Assembly (NCBI GenBank): GCA_963823555.1
Contig: CAWGMA010000003.1
Location: 128,001-192,000, forward strand
Reading direction: 5' to 3'
DNA length: 64,000 nt
Source: Candidatus Eiseniibacteriota bacterium
GTDB taxonomy: Bacteria; Eisenbacteria; RBG-16-71-46; CAVPCR01
Shown: in pieces, positions 8,639-17,866 of the stretch
Position numbering within the stretch: the first letter of the stretch is position 1
Layout: each line of letters opens with the position of its first letter
Notes under the pieces: generated by a model
Told to the model about the DNA's origin: nothing
The model's database searches: none
What the model saw: only the letters and a program-made list of their open reading frames with translations
Translations under genes and position numbers: made by a program

Positions 8639-10173
8639 CCGTGAAGAGCGGGGCTGAGGCCCCCGGAATCCGCCGCGAACCGATCGAGAAGCGCGCCGTG
8701 GCCACCAACCTGAAGCGGATCTCGATCGATCCGATCACCCGCCTCGAGGGGCATGGGCGCATCGATATCTTCCTCGATGAGGAGGGGCGGGTCGCCAACA
8801 CCTACCTGCGCGTGCCGGAGCTCCGTGGCTTCGAGCAGTTCTGCGTCGGGCGGCCAGTGGAGGAGATGCCGCGGATCACGACCCGCATCTGCGGCGTCTG
8901 TCCCGAAGCGCACCACATGGCGAGCGCCAAGGCCTGCGACGCGGTCTATCACGTCGATCCCCCGCCGGCGGCGAAGAAGCTCCGCCGGCTCCTCTACAAC
9001 ACCTTCTACGTCGCCGACCATGCGGTCCACTTCTATGTCCTGTCGGGCCCCGACTTCGTCGTCGGTCCGCAGGCGCCGGTGGCCGAGCGCAACGTCTTCG
9101 GTCTCATCCACAAGGTGGGTCTCGATGCCGGCAAGAAGGTGATCGAGAGCCGGGCCAAAGCGCAGGAGATCATCAAGCTCCTCGGGGGCAAGTCGATCCA
9201 CCAGGTGACCTCGCTTCCCGGCGGCGTCAGCCGCGGGCTCTCGGAAGAGGAGCGCAAGCGCTGCGAGGAGATCTGCGCCGACCTGGTCGAGTTCGGGAAG
9301 TTCACGCTCAAGATCCTCGATGACATCGTGCTTTCGAATCAGGAGTACCTGGATCTCATCTTGAACGATGCCTTCAAGCACGAGACTCACTACATGGGGC
9401 TCGTCGACCAGAACAACCACCCCGACTACTACGACGGGACGGTGCGAGTGGTGGATACGCGCGGGCAGGAGATCGCCCGGTTCGCTGCCGCCGACTATCT
9501 ATCGCACATCGCCGAGCACGTGGAGCCCTGGTCCTACCTCAAGTTCCCCTATCTGAAGGCGCGGGGCTGGAAGGGGTTCACGGACGGCATGGAGAGCGGG
9601 GTCTACCGCGCCGCGCCGCTCGCGCGCCTGAACGTGGCCGAGGGCATGTCGACCCCGATTGCCCACGAGCAGTGGGAGCGGATGATGCAGACCCTGGGCG
9701 GGCGGCCGGTGCACAACACCCTCGCCTACCACTGGGCGCGCGTGATCGAGCTCGTGAACGCCGCCGAGACCGCACTCGCCCTGGCGCGGGATCCGGAGAT
9801 CACCGATCCCAACATCCGTACCGTGCCCACGGCGACGCCGACCGAGGGCGTGGGGGTGGTCGAGGCCCCGCGCGGCATTCTCTACCATCATTACGTCACG
9901 GACGAGAAGGGGATCCTCGAGCAGGTGAACCTGATCGTCGGCACCACCAACAACTATGCGGCGCTCAACCTCTCGGTGAAGAAGGCGAGCAAGGCGTTGA
10001 TCGAGAGCACCGGGAAGCTCTCCGAGGGCATTCTCAACATGATCGAGATGGCCTTCCGCGCCTACGATCCGTGCATCGGGTGCGCCACCCACTCGCTCCC
10101 CGGGCAGATGCCGCTCGAGATACGGCTCCTGGATCACACCGGGGCGGAGGTCGATCGCCTGGTGCGTAAGTGA
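8635..10173 (+). CDS. mvhA: Group 3c [NiFe]-hydrogenase large subunit
   Basis: TRLEGH; L1 motif RICGVCPEAHH; L2 motif RAYDPCIGCATH followed by a cleavable C-terminal extension. Confidence 0.95.
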   Translation: MTVKSGAEAPGIRREPIEKRAVATNLKRISIDPITRLEGHGRIDIFLDEEGRVANTYLRVPELRGFEQFCVGRPVEEMPRITTRICGVCPEAHHMASAKACDAVYHVDPPPAAKKLRRLLYNTFYVADHAVHFYVLSGPDFVVGPQAPVAERNVFGLIHKVGLDAGKKVIESRAKAQEIIKLLGGKSIHQVTSLPGGVSRGLSEEERKRCEEICADLVEFGKFTLKILDDIVLSNQEYLDLILNDAFKHETHYMGLVDQNNHPDYYDGTVRVVDTRGQEIARFAAADYLSHIAEHVEPWSYLKFPYLKARGWKGFTDGMESGVYRAAPLARLNVAEGMSTPIAHEQWERMMQTLGGRPVHNTLAYHWARVIELVNAAETALALARDPEITDPNIRTVPTATPTEGVGVVEAPRGILYHHYVTDEKGILEQVNLIVGTTNNYAALNLSVKKASKALIESTGKLSEGILNMIEMAFRAYDPCIGCATHSLPGQMPLEIRLLDHTGAEVDRLVRK

Positions 10174-10201
10174 CGTCGGTAGCAGAGAAGAGCAGGCCAG
10201 G

Positions 10202-10669
10202 ATGAAGCGGAACGGCGAGCGCACGCTCGTGCTCGGGCTCGGGAACGAGATCCTCGGCGACGACGGCGTCGGGCTCAGGGCGGCGCGCGCGGTGGCGGAC
10301 GTCGCGGGGGACCGTGCGGATCTCGTCGAGGCCTGCGTCGCCACCATCGATCTCCTGCCGATCGTGGCCGGCTACGACCGGGTGATCGTCGTCGATGCCT
10401 ACGTTTCGGACGAGGACCTGCCCGGCACCATGGTGCGCACGACACCGGAAGAGCTGCCGCGGGGCTTCGGCTACCGCTCTCTCCACACGCTGCCTTTCCG
10501 CGAGATGCTCGAGTTCGGTCGCGAGATCGGGCTCGCGATGCCGCGCGAGATGGTGATTCACGGGCTCTGTGTCGCCGATCCGGCGACGTTCGGCGAGACC
10601 TTCAGCGAGCCCGTGGCAGGCTCGTGGCGGGCGTGGGCGGAAGCCATCGCGCGAGCGGAGTTCGCCTAG
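10202..10669 (+). CDS. Hydrogenase maturation protease (HycI/HybD family)
   Basis: VLGLGNEILGDDGVG, VIVVDA and SLH motifs; last gene of the hydrogenase operon. Confidence 0.93.
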   Translation: MKRNGERTLVLGLGNEILGDDGVGLRAARAVADVAGDRADLVEACVATIDLLPIVAGYDRVIVVDAYVSDEDLPGTMVRTTPEELPRGFGYRSLHTLPFREMLEFGREIGLAMPREMVIHGLCVADPATFGETFSEPVAGSWRAWAEAIARAEFA

Positions 10670-10690
10670 GCGAGCGGCCGGATCCCTGAG

Positions 10691-11314
10691 CTACTGCTTG
10701 ACCCAGTACGGTCGAAAATCCTCGGTCACATCATGGATCAGATGGTGGACGAGGCTGCCATAGGCTGCCTCCGGATCACTCGCCTCGAAGTGGACCCCCT
10801 GGGAGTTGATGCCGGCATTCGCCACGGTCTTCTTGGCGCGTGCCGAGCGGGTCCACATGGTCGCCCCGCCGCCGGCCTCGAGCAGCCGTGTGGTGAGCGC
10901 GGCCTCGACGTCCGCCTGAACGCTCGCCGACGTGAGCTGTGACCATCCGACCTTGGGTTTCACATCGGTGACTTCCAGGTTGCCGACGATGACCGCATCG
11001 ACGTTGTAGATCTTCCCGATCTCCTGGACAGCGGCCGCGTCGATATTCTCGCGCCCGATGGCCCGCCGCACCGCGTCCTCGTTCCCCAGCTCGAGCACCG
11101 GCACTCCGGGCTGCGCCGACTGCAGCTTCTGGATGAACTCCTGGCTCGCCAGCGCATTCAGATCGCCTTCGGCGTTGGACGTGAACTCGACGAGTCCGAT
11201 CCTGTGGAACGCCTGCAAGTCCATCCGGGGGGACATGAGAACGCTCGACCCACCGCACCCGGTAGACAGGGTGAGGATCGCCACGAAGACGGCCGGTTTC
11301 ATTGCGGAATGCAT
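10691..11314 (-). CDS. Hypothetical lipoprotein (possibly CsgG/TolB-N-like alpha/beta domain)
   Basis: GGAGG then ATG 11314; signal peptide with lipobox LSTG-C; 'EIGKIYNVDAVIVG' pattern. Confidence 0.65.
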   Translation of the reverse strand: MHSAMKPAVFVAILTLSTGCGGSSVLMSPRMDLQAFHRIGLVEFTSNAEGDLNALASQEFIQKLQSAQPGVPVLELGNEDAVRRAIGRENIDAAAVQEIGKIYNVDAVIVGNLEVTDVKPKVGWSQLTSASVQADVEAALTTRLLEAGGGATMWTRSARAKKTVANAGINSQGVHFEASDPEAAYGSLVHHLIHDVTEDFRPYWVKQ

Positions 11315-11440
11315 CGCCCACCTCCAAATCGCATCACGATCTCCTCTTTCTCGCTCGCCTTCTGGCACCGTGCGGAGCGTTGCACCCGCCGTGCCAGCCC
11401 GAAGCTGCTACTATCTTCGAGCACAGAGCCAGGAGGTCCC

Positions 11441-12220
11441 TTGCCCGCCCAACCCCCCGATCATGTCATCGCCAATCGCCAGCACTGGGACGAGCACGCC
11501 CCGGAGTGGGTGGCCGCGGGCGAGCGGAACTGGGTGGCCGGGCCGAGCTGGGGCATCTGGGGCATCCCCGAAGCGGAGCTCCGTCTGCTGCCGGAGGACA
11601 TGACGGGGCTCGATGCCATCGAGCTCGGTTGCGGCACCGCCTATGTGTCGGCCTGGATGGCGCGCCGCGGCGCGCGCGTGGTGGGGATCGACAACTCGAT
11701 CGCGCAGCTCCGGACCGCCCGGCGTCTGTCCGCCGAGCACGGCGTCGAGCTGACCCTCATCCATGGCAATGCCGAGGCCGTACCCTATCCCGACCGGAGC
11801 TTCGACTTTGCGATCAGCGAGTACGGGGCGGCCATCTGGTGCGATCCGCACCTCTGGATCCCGGAGGCCCACCGGCTCCTTCGTCCCGGCGGTGAGCTCG
11901 TGTTCCTCGGGACGTCGGCGCTCGCGTGCCTGTGCTCGCCCGAGAACGGCGCTCTTCCGTACACCGAGCGCCTGGAGCGGGACTATTTCTCGATGCACCG
12001 CTTCGACTGGTCCAATGCGGTCGACGAGCCCGGGGGAATCGAGTTCAATCTCCCGATCTCCGGCTGGTTCCGGCTGTTCCGGGAGACCGGGTTCGAGGTC
12101 ATCGACTTCCTCGAGCTCAGGGCGCCGCGGCCGGGCCCGGAGATGAAGTTCGGCTTCACCGCCGACTGGGCCCACCGCTATCCGGCGGAACAGGCCTGGA
12201 AGCTGCGCCGGCGCTCGTGA
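11441..12220 (+). CDS. Class I SAM-dependent methyltransferase
   Basis: AGGAGG then TTG 11441; motif I 'AIELGCGTA', 'VVGIDNS', 'HGNAEAVPYPDRSFD', 'RLLRPGG'. Confidence 0.92.
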   Translation: MPAQPPDHVIANRQHWDEHAPEWVAAGERNWVAGPSWGIWGIPEAELRLLPEDMTGLDAIELGCGTAYVSAWMARRGARVVGIDNSIAQLRTARRLSAEHGVELTLIHGNAEAVPYPDRSFDFAISEYGAAIWCDPHLWIPEAHRLLRPGGELVFLGTSALACLCSPENGALPYTERLERDYFSMHRFDWSNAVDEPGGIEFNLPISGWFRLFRETGFEVIDFLELRAPRPGPEMKFGFTADWAHRYPAEQAWKLRRRS

Positions 12221-12291
12221 CGAGCGGGGAAGGCTCCGGCCCCCCAAGTAGACGTGAACGAACCCCAGCCCCCGGAGGATGACGTTCCGGG

Positions 12292-12678
12292 GTGGTCACC
12301 TTCGATTGGTTCATGGATCGAGACCACATCATCTACACACCCGCAGATCATCCCACGGAGCTGCGCGCGGCGGATCTCAGGAGCGGAAAGGAGATCACCC
12401 TCGTCGACGAGCCCAACATGGAGCCGGCCGTGGCGCCGGATGGGAGCGCGCTCAGCTACTGCGCGGCGCGGAGCCACTTCAACATGAACCTCCAGCTCCT
12501 GCGCCTCAAGATGGGTGATGACGGGTTGCCCCGCGCGGCAGGTCCCGCCCAGGCGCTCGCCGTCGGGGAGGGGTTGTGGCACGTGCACAACGGCGGCTTC
12601 AGCCCCGACGGCCGGAGCGTCATCTACACCCGGGACACCGATACCGGGGATGTGTACGTGCTCGAAGGAGCGTTCTGA
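12292..12678 (+). pseudogene. C-terminal fragment of a TolB/PD40-type beta-propeller protein
   Basis: PD40-like repeats 'EPAVAPDGSALSY' and 'GGFSPDGRSVIYT..GDVYV'. Only 128 aa, with an in-frame TGA at 12280 just upstream and no signal peptide. Confidence 0.5.
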
Positions 12679-12777
12679 AGTCGCGGGCTAACGCGGCACC
12701 TCTGATCGGAATCCGCCGTATGCTGTCCGCTCTCCATCATCCACCCGCCGCCGTCGCGCCAGCGACCCGCCACTCAT

Positions 12778-14670
12778 TCAGTCCGGTCCCGGATGGATCT
12801 TCAGCGCCTTGATGCGGGAGCTCAAGGTCGTGGGTCGGATCCCGAGCAGGCGCGCCGCGCCGTCGGGCCCGGCGATCTTGCCGTTCGTGGCCGCGAGGGC
12901 TCGCTCGATGTTCGCGCGCTCGATCGCGCGCAGCTCCCCCTCCGTCAGCACGCGATCGGGGGGCGATGCATCAGGACCCCTCTCGGTCGCCGCTCCCGAC
13001 AGCATGCGTTCCAGATCGACGCGCCCCTGCCGTGCGGTGATCACGGCGCGCTCGATCACATTGCGTAACTCACGGACGTTGCCGGGCCAGCTGTATCCGC
13101 GAAGCCTGAGCTTCGCTGCTTCGTCCAGGGGCGAGACCTTGCGGCCCATCTCGCGCGCGAACTTCGTGACGAACATGTCCGCGAGGAGCAGGACGTCCTC
13201 GCCGCGCTCACGCAGCGGAGGCACCCGGATCGGGAACACGTTGAGCCGGTAGTAGAGATCCTCCCGAAACGAGCCGTCCTTGATGGCCCCGGCGAGCTCT
13301 CGATTGGTGGCGGCGATCACGCGCACATCGACCTGGCGCGTGCGCGAGCTGCCGACCGGTTCGAATTCGCCCTCCTGCAGCACGCGCAACAGCTTGCCCT
13401 GGAGATCGATCGGCAGCTCCCCGACCTCGTCGAGGAAGATCGTGCCGCGATCCGCCAGGGCGAATCGTCCGTCGCGCCGCTGCGTGGCTCCGGTGAAGGC
13501 GCCGCGCTCGTGCCCGAAGAGCTCGCTCTCCACGAGGTTGGCCGGGATCGCCGCGCAGTTGACCTTGATCATGGGCTGGCCGCGGCGCTTGCTGGCGCCG
13601 TGGATCGCAGCGGCGATGAGCTCCTTCCCGGTTCCGGTCTCGCCCTGGATCAGGACCGTGGCATCGGTGTCCGCCACCTGATCGACATCGCGGAGCACGG
13701 TGAGCAGAGCCTTGCTGTTGCCGAGGATCTGTCCGTACTGGCCGAGATCGCGCAGCTCCTGGCGCAGGGTCTCTGCTTCCAGCTCCAGCGAATGGATGCG
13801 TCGCTCGGCCGCCAGGCGGTCGTCGATGTTGCGCAGGATGAGGGTGTAGAAGCGGTGGTTGCGGACCATGAACTGGGATAGCGATGCCTCGGCAGGGAAC
13901 TCGCTGCCGTCGGCGCGAGCGGCACTCAACCCGCCCGCCACCCACGTGGTACGGCGACCTGGAGGCAGGCCGTCCAGCTCGCGCGTGAGTGCCGCCAGGC
14001 GATCCGGCGCATCGGCGCGCAGGAAGTCGGTGAGGGATCGGCCCATCCATGCCGTCGCCTGGCAAGCGAAGACCGCCTCGGCGGCCGGGTTCACGCGCGT
14101 GACGCGGAAGTCCGCATCGAACTCGATGATCGCGTCCATGGCGCTGTCGACCAGCCGGCTCAGCTTGAGCTCCCGCTCCCGGACCTCGCCTTCGGCGCGC
14201 AGGCGGCGCAGCTCGGCCGCGGCGCGGTTGGCGAAGATGCGGAACAGATCGGTATGGCGGGGATCCTCCGGCATCGGGCGGGAGTCGAGCACAGCCAGGT
14301 GGCCCAGGATGGCGCCGTCCGTATCGTGGAGCGGCACCCCCATGTAGCTCACGGCTTCGGCCGGGGGCAGATCGGGGTCTTCGGGAAACAGCTCGATGAC
14401 GCGGTCGGGGATGAGCACCAGGCGATCGTTGTCGATCACCGGCTCGCACGGAGTGCCGGCCAGAGCGTATTCGTAGTCCTCGACCCAGCGGTCCTCGAGC
14501 CAGAAGGCATAGGCTCGCATCCGCCGCCGTTCGGCGACGAACTCGGTGACCCACGCCCCGCGCACGTCGAGGGCTCGGGCCAGGTGGCGAACCAGCTCGC
14601 GGAAGAAGGGCTCCCCGGTAGCGGTCGCGGTGCCCTCGACGATGGCGCGTAGCGCCTCTTGCTCGTTCAT
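12778..14670 (-). CDS. Sigma-54-dependent transcriptional activator, GAF-PAS-AAA+-HTH (FhlA-like)
   Basis: GETGTGKE, ESELFGHERGAFTGA, LFLDE-like 'IFLDEVGE', WPGNVRELRN and a C-terminal 'AARLLGIRPTTL' HTH. Confidence 0.95.
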   Translation of the reverse strand: MNEQEALRAIVEGTATATGEPFFRELVRHLARALDVRGAWVTEFVAERRRMRAYAFWLEDRWVEDYEYALAGTPCEPVIDNDRLVLIPDRVIELFPEDPDLPPAEAVSYMGVPLHDTDGAILGHLAVLDSRPMPEDPRHTDLFRIFANRAAAELRRLRAEGEVRERELKLSRLVDSAMDAIIEFDADFRVTRVNPAAEAVFACQATAWMGRSLTDFLRADAPDRLAALTRELDGLPPGRRTTWVAGGLSAARADGSEFPAEASLSQFMVRNHRFYTLILRNIDDRLAAERRIHSLELEAETLRQELRDLGQYGQILGNSKALLTVLRDVDQVADTDATVLIQGETGTGKELIAAAIHGASKRRGQPMIKVNCAAIPANLVESELFGHERGAFTGATQRRDGRFALADRGTIFLDEVGELPIDLQGKLLRVLQEGEFEPVGSSRTRQVDVRVIAATNRELAGAIKDGSFREDLYYRLNVFPIRVPPLRERGEDVLLLADMFVTKFAREMGRKVSPLDEAAKLRLRGYSWPGNVRELRNVIERAVITARQGRVDLERMLSGAATERGPDASPPDRVLTEGELRAIERANIERALAATNGKIAGPDGAARLLGIRPTTLSSRIKALKIHPGPD

Positions 14671-15110
14671 GCTCGAGTCGGAAGCGGCATCGTATAGCAG
14701 ACCGCGGTGCCCTCGAGAACGACACGGCCGTCCGCGAGCAGGACCCGCGTCTCGAGCTCGGTGATCGGCTTGTCGGCGCGGACCTTCGTCACCTCGACCT
14801 CGCCCGTGATCGTATCGCCGGGACGGACCGGCGCCTTGAAGCTCCAGTTGACCTGGAGAAAGACCGTGCCGGGCCCCGGCAGGTTCTCGGCGACCACTGC
14901 ATTCAGGATGGCGCTCGTGACGCCGCCCTGGACGACGATGCCGCCGAAGCGGGTGGCGCGCGCGGCAGCTTCGTCATAGTGCAGGGGATTGCGGTCGCCG
15001 CTCATGGCGGTGAAGAGCTCGATATCTCGCCGCGAAACCTGGCGTGACTGCCGCGCTTTCTGGCCCACCTCGGGCATCCCGCTGGGCCATACGTCATTCG
15101 TTGCTGTCAC
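14667..15110 (-). CDS. MaoC-family (hotdog fold) dehydratase
   Basis: FTAMSGDRNPLH and FKAPVRPGD motifs; stop overlaps the regulator's start (ATGA). Confidence 0.9.
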   Translation of the reverse strand: MTATNDVWPSGMPEVGQKARQSRQVSRRDIELFTAMSGDRNPLHYDEAAARATRFGGIVVQGGVTSAILNAVVAENLPGPGTVFLQVNWSFKAPVRPGDTITGEVEVTKVRADKPITELETRVLLADGRVVLEGTAVCYTMPLPTRA

Positions 15111-15280
15111 TGATCACTCCCGTCTGAACATTTCCAGAAGTGGCCTCTATCGTCGGCTCGCTGGCAGCACCTGCCTGCAGGAGCCAGTCTATCATCGGCC
15201 TTGCCCCGTGGCAGGGTCACGGACGCGAGGTCTTTGCTTTCCCGGCGACGTCCGGTCGCGAAAGCGGTCTAATAGAGGTG

Positions 15281-17629
15281 ATGCCCATCCGTCGGTCCAA
15301 ATTGTCCGTCCTGGTCCTGGTCCTGATCCTCGGACTCCTCGACCCACGCGGGGGCCTCCTGGCCGCCGGGCCAGGAGCGATCCACGGCCGTGTCCTGGAC
15401 GGGGAGACCAAGCAGCCACTGGCCGGGGCCAGCATCGCGGTCGTCGGCACCGACCGCGGAGCGGTGGCCGATCGCGCCGGGGAGTTCACGATCGAGGACC
15501 TGCCTCCAGGCAACTACAACCTCAATATCACCTTCGTCAGCTACGAACCGGTCGTGGTCACCGATGTCGTGGTCAAGCCAGGGGTGCCCACCACGGTCGA
15601 GCGCGAGCTCATGCCGGAGCCGGTCCGGGGCGAGACCATCGAGGTTCGCCCCAGCTTCTTCGCCAGCAGCGCGAACCCGACCAGTTCGGTGAGCCTCTCC
15701 CGCGAGGAGATCCGGCGCTTCCCGGGCGGCTTCGAGGACATCGTGCGCACGATCTCGACCCTGCCCGGCGTCGCCCTCGTCAACCAGGGCGGGCGGAACG
15801 ATCTCCTCGTCCGCGGCGGCGGCCCGAGCGAGAACCTCTACATCGTGAACGGGCTCGAGGTCCCCAACATCAACCACTTCGGGAACCAGGGTGCGGCGGG
15901 CGGCGCGCTCAGCTTCGTCAATCTCGACTTCATCGACGGTGTCGACTTCTCGACCGGCGGCTTCGGCTCCACGTACGGCGACAAGATGTCCTCGGTCCTC
16001 TCGATCGAGATGCGCGAGGCGCGCTCTGACCGGGTGGGCGGCAAGGCGACCATCTCCGCCACCCAGTTCGGCCTCAACCTCGAGGGGCCGCTGCCGGGGG
16101 AGAACGACGGGCACTTCCTCTTCTCTGCGCGAAAGAGCTACCTCGACCTCCTCTTCCGCGCCCTCGACCAGCCGTTCATCCCGGTCTATAGCGACTTCAA
16201 CCTGGCCGGCGACTACCGCATCAACGAACGCTACGAGCTCTCGTTCCTCGGTCTCGGCGCACTCGACAACGTCGATCGCGAGTCCTCGACGAGCGAGGAC
16301 AAGGTGGTGAACGCCGGCATCCTCGGCAACACCCAGGACCGCTGGATCGGCGGCCTCCGCCTCCGCCGGCTCTTCGATCAGGGGTTCCTCGACGTGATCG
16401 GCGGCTACAACCAGGTGGACTTCACGTTCGCACAGGCCGACACGAACCAGGTCGCATACTTCACGAGCGACGCGCTCGAGCGCGAGACCGCGCTCCGCGC
16501 CGAGGGGACGCGCCGTCTCCCCGCCGGCTTCGATCTGAGCGCGGGCGCCGGCGTGAAGCGCGCGGGTGTCGATTACATGACGGCCTTCGCCGACTCCGTG
16601 TACGACCGGAGCGGGCGCTACGTTGCGCGCGAGGATCTCGACTTGCCCGCGGAGATCGTGGGCGACGCGGGCGGCTTCAAGCTCGCCACCTGGGTCGAGG
16701 CCAAGCGTCGCGTCGCCCGCGTCGAATGGACCGCGGGATTCCGGCTCGACTACTTCGAGAACCTGGACGACACGCTCTATCCGGCCGGGCGTTTCTCGCT
16801 TCGCTATGGCCTCACGGACCGGCTCACGCTCAAGGGGAGCTTCGGGACCTACTACCAGATGCCGTCCTACGTGTGGCTCGGGAATCCCGAGAACCGCGAC
16901 CTGAAGGCGCTCCGCAACGACATGCCGATCGCCGGCGTCGACTACCGGGTGCGCCCCGACCTGAACCTCTCCGCCGAGGGGTTCTACAAGCGCTACTCGG
17001 ACCTCCCGGCCGGGGCGACGCCGGAGACCGACTACCTCGTCCTCACCAACACCGGCGTCGGCTTCGGCGGCCGGGACGACGACTTCCAGTCGTTCGGGTA
17101 CATCCCGCTCGACCCGATCGGCGAGGGCGAGGCCTACGGCGTCGACGTCCTCGCGCAGAAGAAGTTCGCGGCGGTGCCCTGCTACGGCACGGTGGGCCTG
17201 ACCCTCAGCCGCACCCGCTACACGGCGCCGAACGGCAAGACTTACCCCGGCCAGTTCGACCAGGCCGCGGTCTTCACCATCTCCGGCGGCTACGTCATCA
17301 GTCCGCGCTGGGAGGTGAGCAGCAAGTGGCGCTACGCCTCGGGGGCGCCGTACACGCCGGTCTACGATCCGGCGACGAACGGCGGCGTCATCTCGAATCT
17401 GCCGGAGGAGTACCTGAGCTCCCGCCTCGGCGCGACGCACTCGCTCGACGTGCGCGTGGATCGCCGCTTCTCGTTCACGAGCTGGTCGATCGTCGCCTTC
17501 CTCGACATCCAGAACATCTACGACTACGCGGCGCCGGTGCCGCCGAGCTGGGACTTCTGGGACGAGGAGGTCGTGGCCGAGCAAGGCATCGGCTTCTTGC
17601 CCACCCTCGGAGTGAGCGCCGAGTTCTAG
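15281..17629 (+). CDS. TonB-dependent receptor with N-terminal CarboxypepD-reg-like domain
   Basis: Signal peptide; 'GRVLDGETKQPLAGASI'; plug 'VRGGGPSENLYIVNG'; beta-barrel ending in SAEF. Start probably 15278 or 15281 rather than 15140. Confidence 0.92.
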   Translation: MPIRRSKLSVLVLVLILGLLDPRGGLLAAGPGAIHGRVLDGETKQPLAGASIAVVGTDRGAVADRAGEFTIEDLPPGNYNLNITFVSYEPVVVTDVVVKPGVPTTVERELMPEPVRGETIEVRPSFFASSANPTSSVSLSREEIRRFPGGFEDIVRTISTLPGVALVNQGGRNDLLVRGGGPSENLYIVNGLEVPNINHFGNQGAAGGALSFVNLDFIDGVDFSTGGFGSTYGDKMSSVLSIEMREARSDRVGGKATISATQFGLNLEGPLPGENDGHFLFSARKSYLDLLFRALDQPFIPVYSDFNLAGDYRINERYELSFLGLGALDNVDRESSTSEDKVVNAGILGNTQDRWIGGLRLRRLFDQGFLDVIGGYNQVDFTFAQADTNQVAYFTSDALERETALRAEGTRRLPAGFDLSAGAGVKRAGVDYMTAFADSVYDRSGRYVAREDLDLPAEIVGDAGGFKLATWVEAKRRVARVEWTAGFRLDYFENLDDTLYPAGRFSLRYGLTDRLTLKGSFGTYYQMPSYVWLGNPENRDLKALRNDMPIAGVDYRVRPDLNLSAEGFYKRYSDLPAGATPETDYLVLTNTGVGFGGRDDDFQSFGYIPLDPIGEGEAYGVDVLAQKKFAAVPCYGTVGLTLSRTRYTAPNGKTYPGQFDQAAVFTISGGYVISPRWEVSSKWRYASGAPYTPVYDPATNGGVISNLPEEYLSSRLGATHSLDVRVDRRFSFTSWSIVAFLDIQNIYDYAAPVPPSWDFWDEEVVAEQGIGFLPTLGVSAEF

Positions 17630-17697
17630 GACCGGGGGTGGGTCCGATTCCTCCCCCCAGGGGTTGTACGGCGCTCGAAACCCATGACAAATAGTCC

Positions 17698-17727
17698 TTT
17701 ACAGCGCCAGCCGGAGTGTGATATTTT
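17698..17727 (+). promoter_or_regulatory. Putative sigma-70 promoter for the Cys-rich secreted protein gene
   Basis: TTTACA (17698-17703), 18-nt spacer, TG-a-TATTTT extended -10, in an AT-rich patch. Confidence 0.4.
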
Positions 17728-17866
17728 TGTAAAAGTTCGGTTCGCTCCCGGGCATCCCCGTCCGGGGAGGGCGAGCTGTGTGACATCCGGGCTCCTGACA
17801 TCGGCACATGCCCCCTGTCGCGAGACCATCCTGGGAGGGCACATGCCTCCTGGAGGGATTCATCTG

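Noticed and set aside
2160..10173. Methanogenesis or archaeal origin of the window
   Set aside because: Surrounding genes are bacterial and diderm (typA, sigma-54 activator, TonB receptor, lipoproteins, L,D-transpeptidase); no mcr or mtr genes.
3736..10173. Selenocysteine recoding in HdrA, MvhD or MvhA
   Set aside because: The positions that are Sec in some homologues are Cys here (DCSSC, CNWC, DPCIGC), and there is no in-frame TGA.
17634..17659. tRNA-like 3' end (GGGTCCGATTCCTCCCCCCA) after the TonB receptor gene
   Set aside because: No D-arm or anticodon arm, the loop is TCCGATT rather than TTCGA, and upstream is coding sequence; better explained as a simple hairpin.
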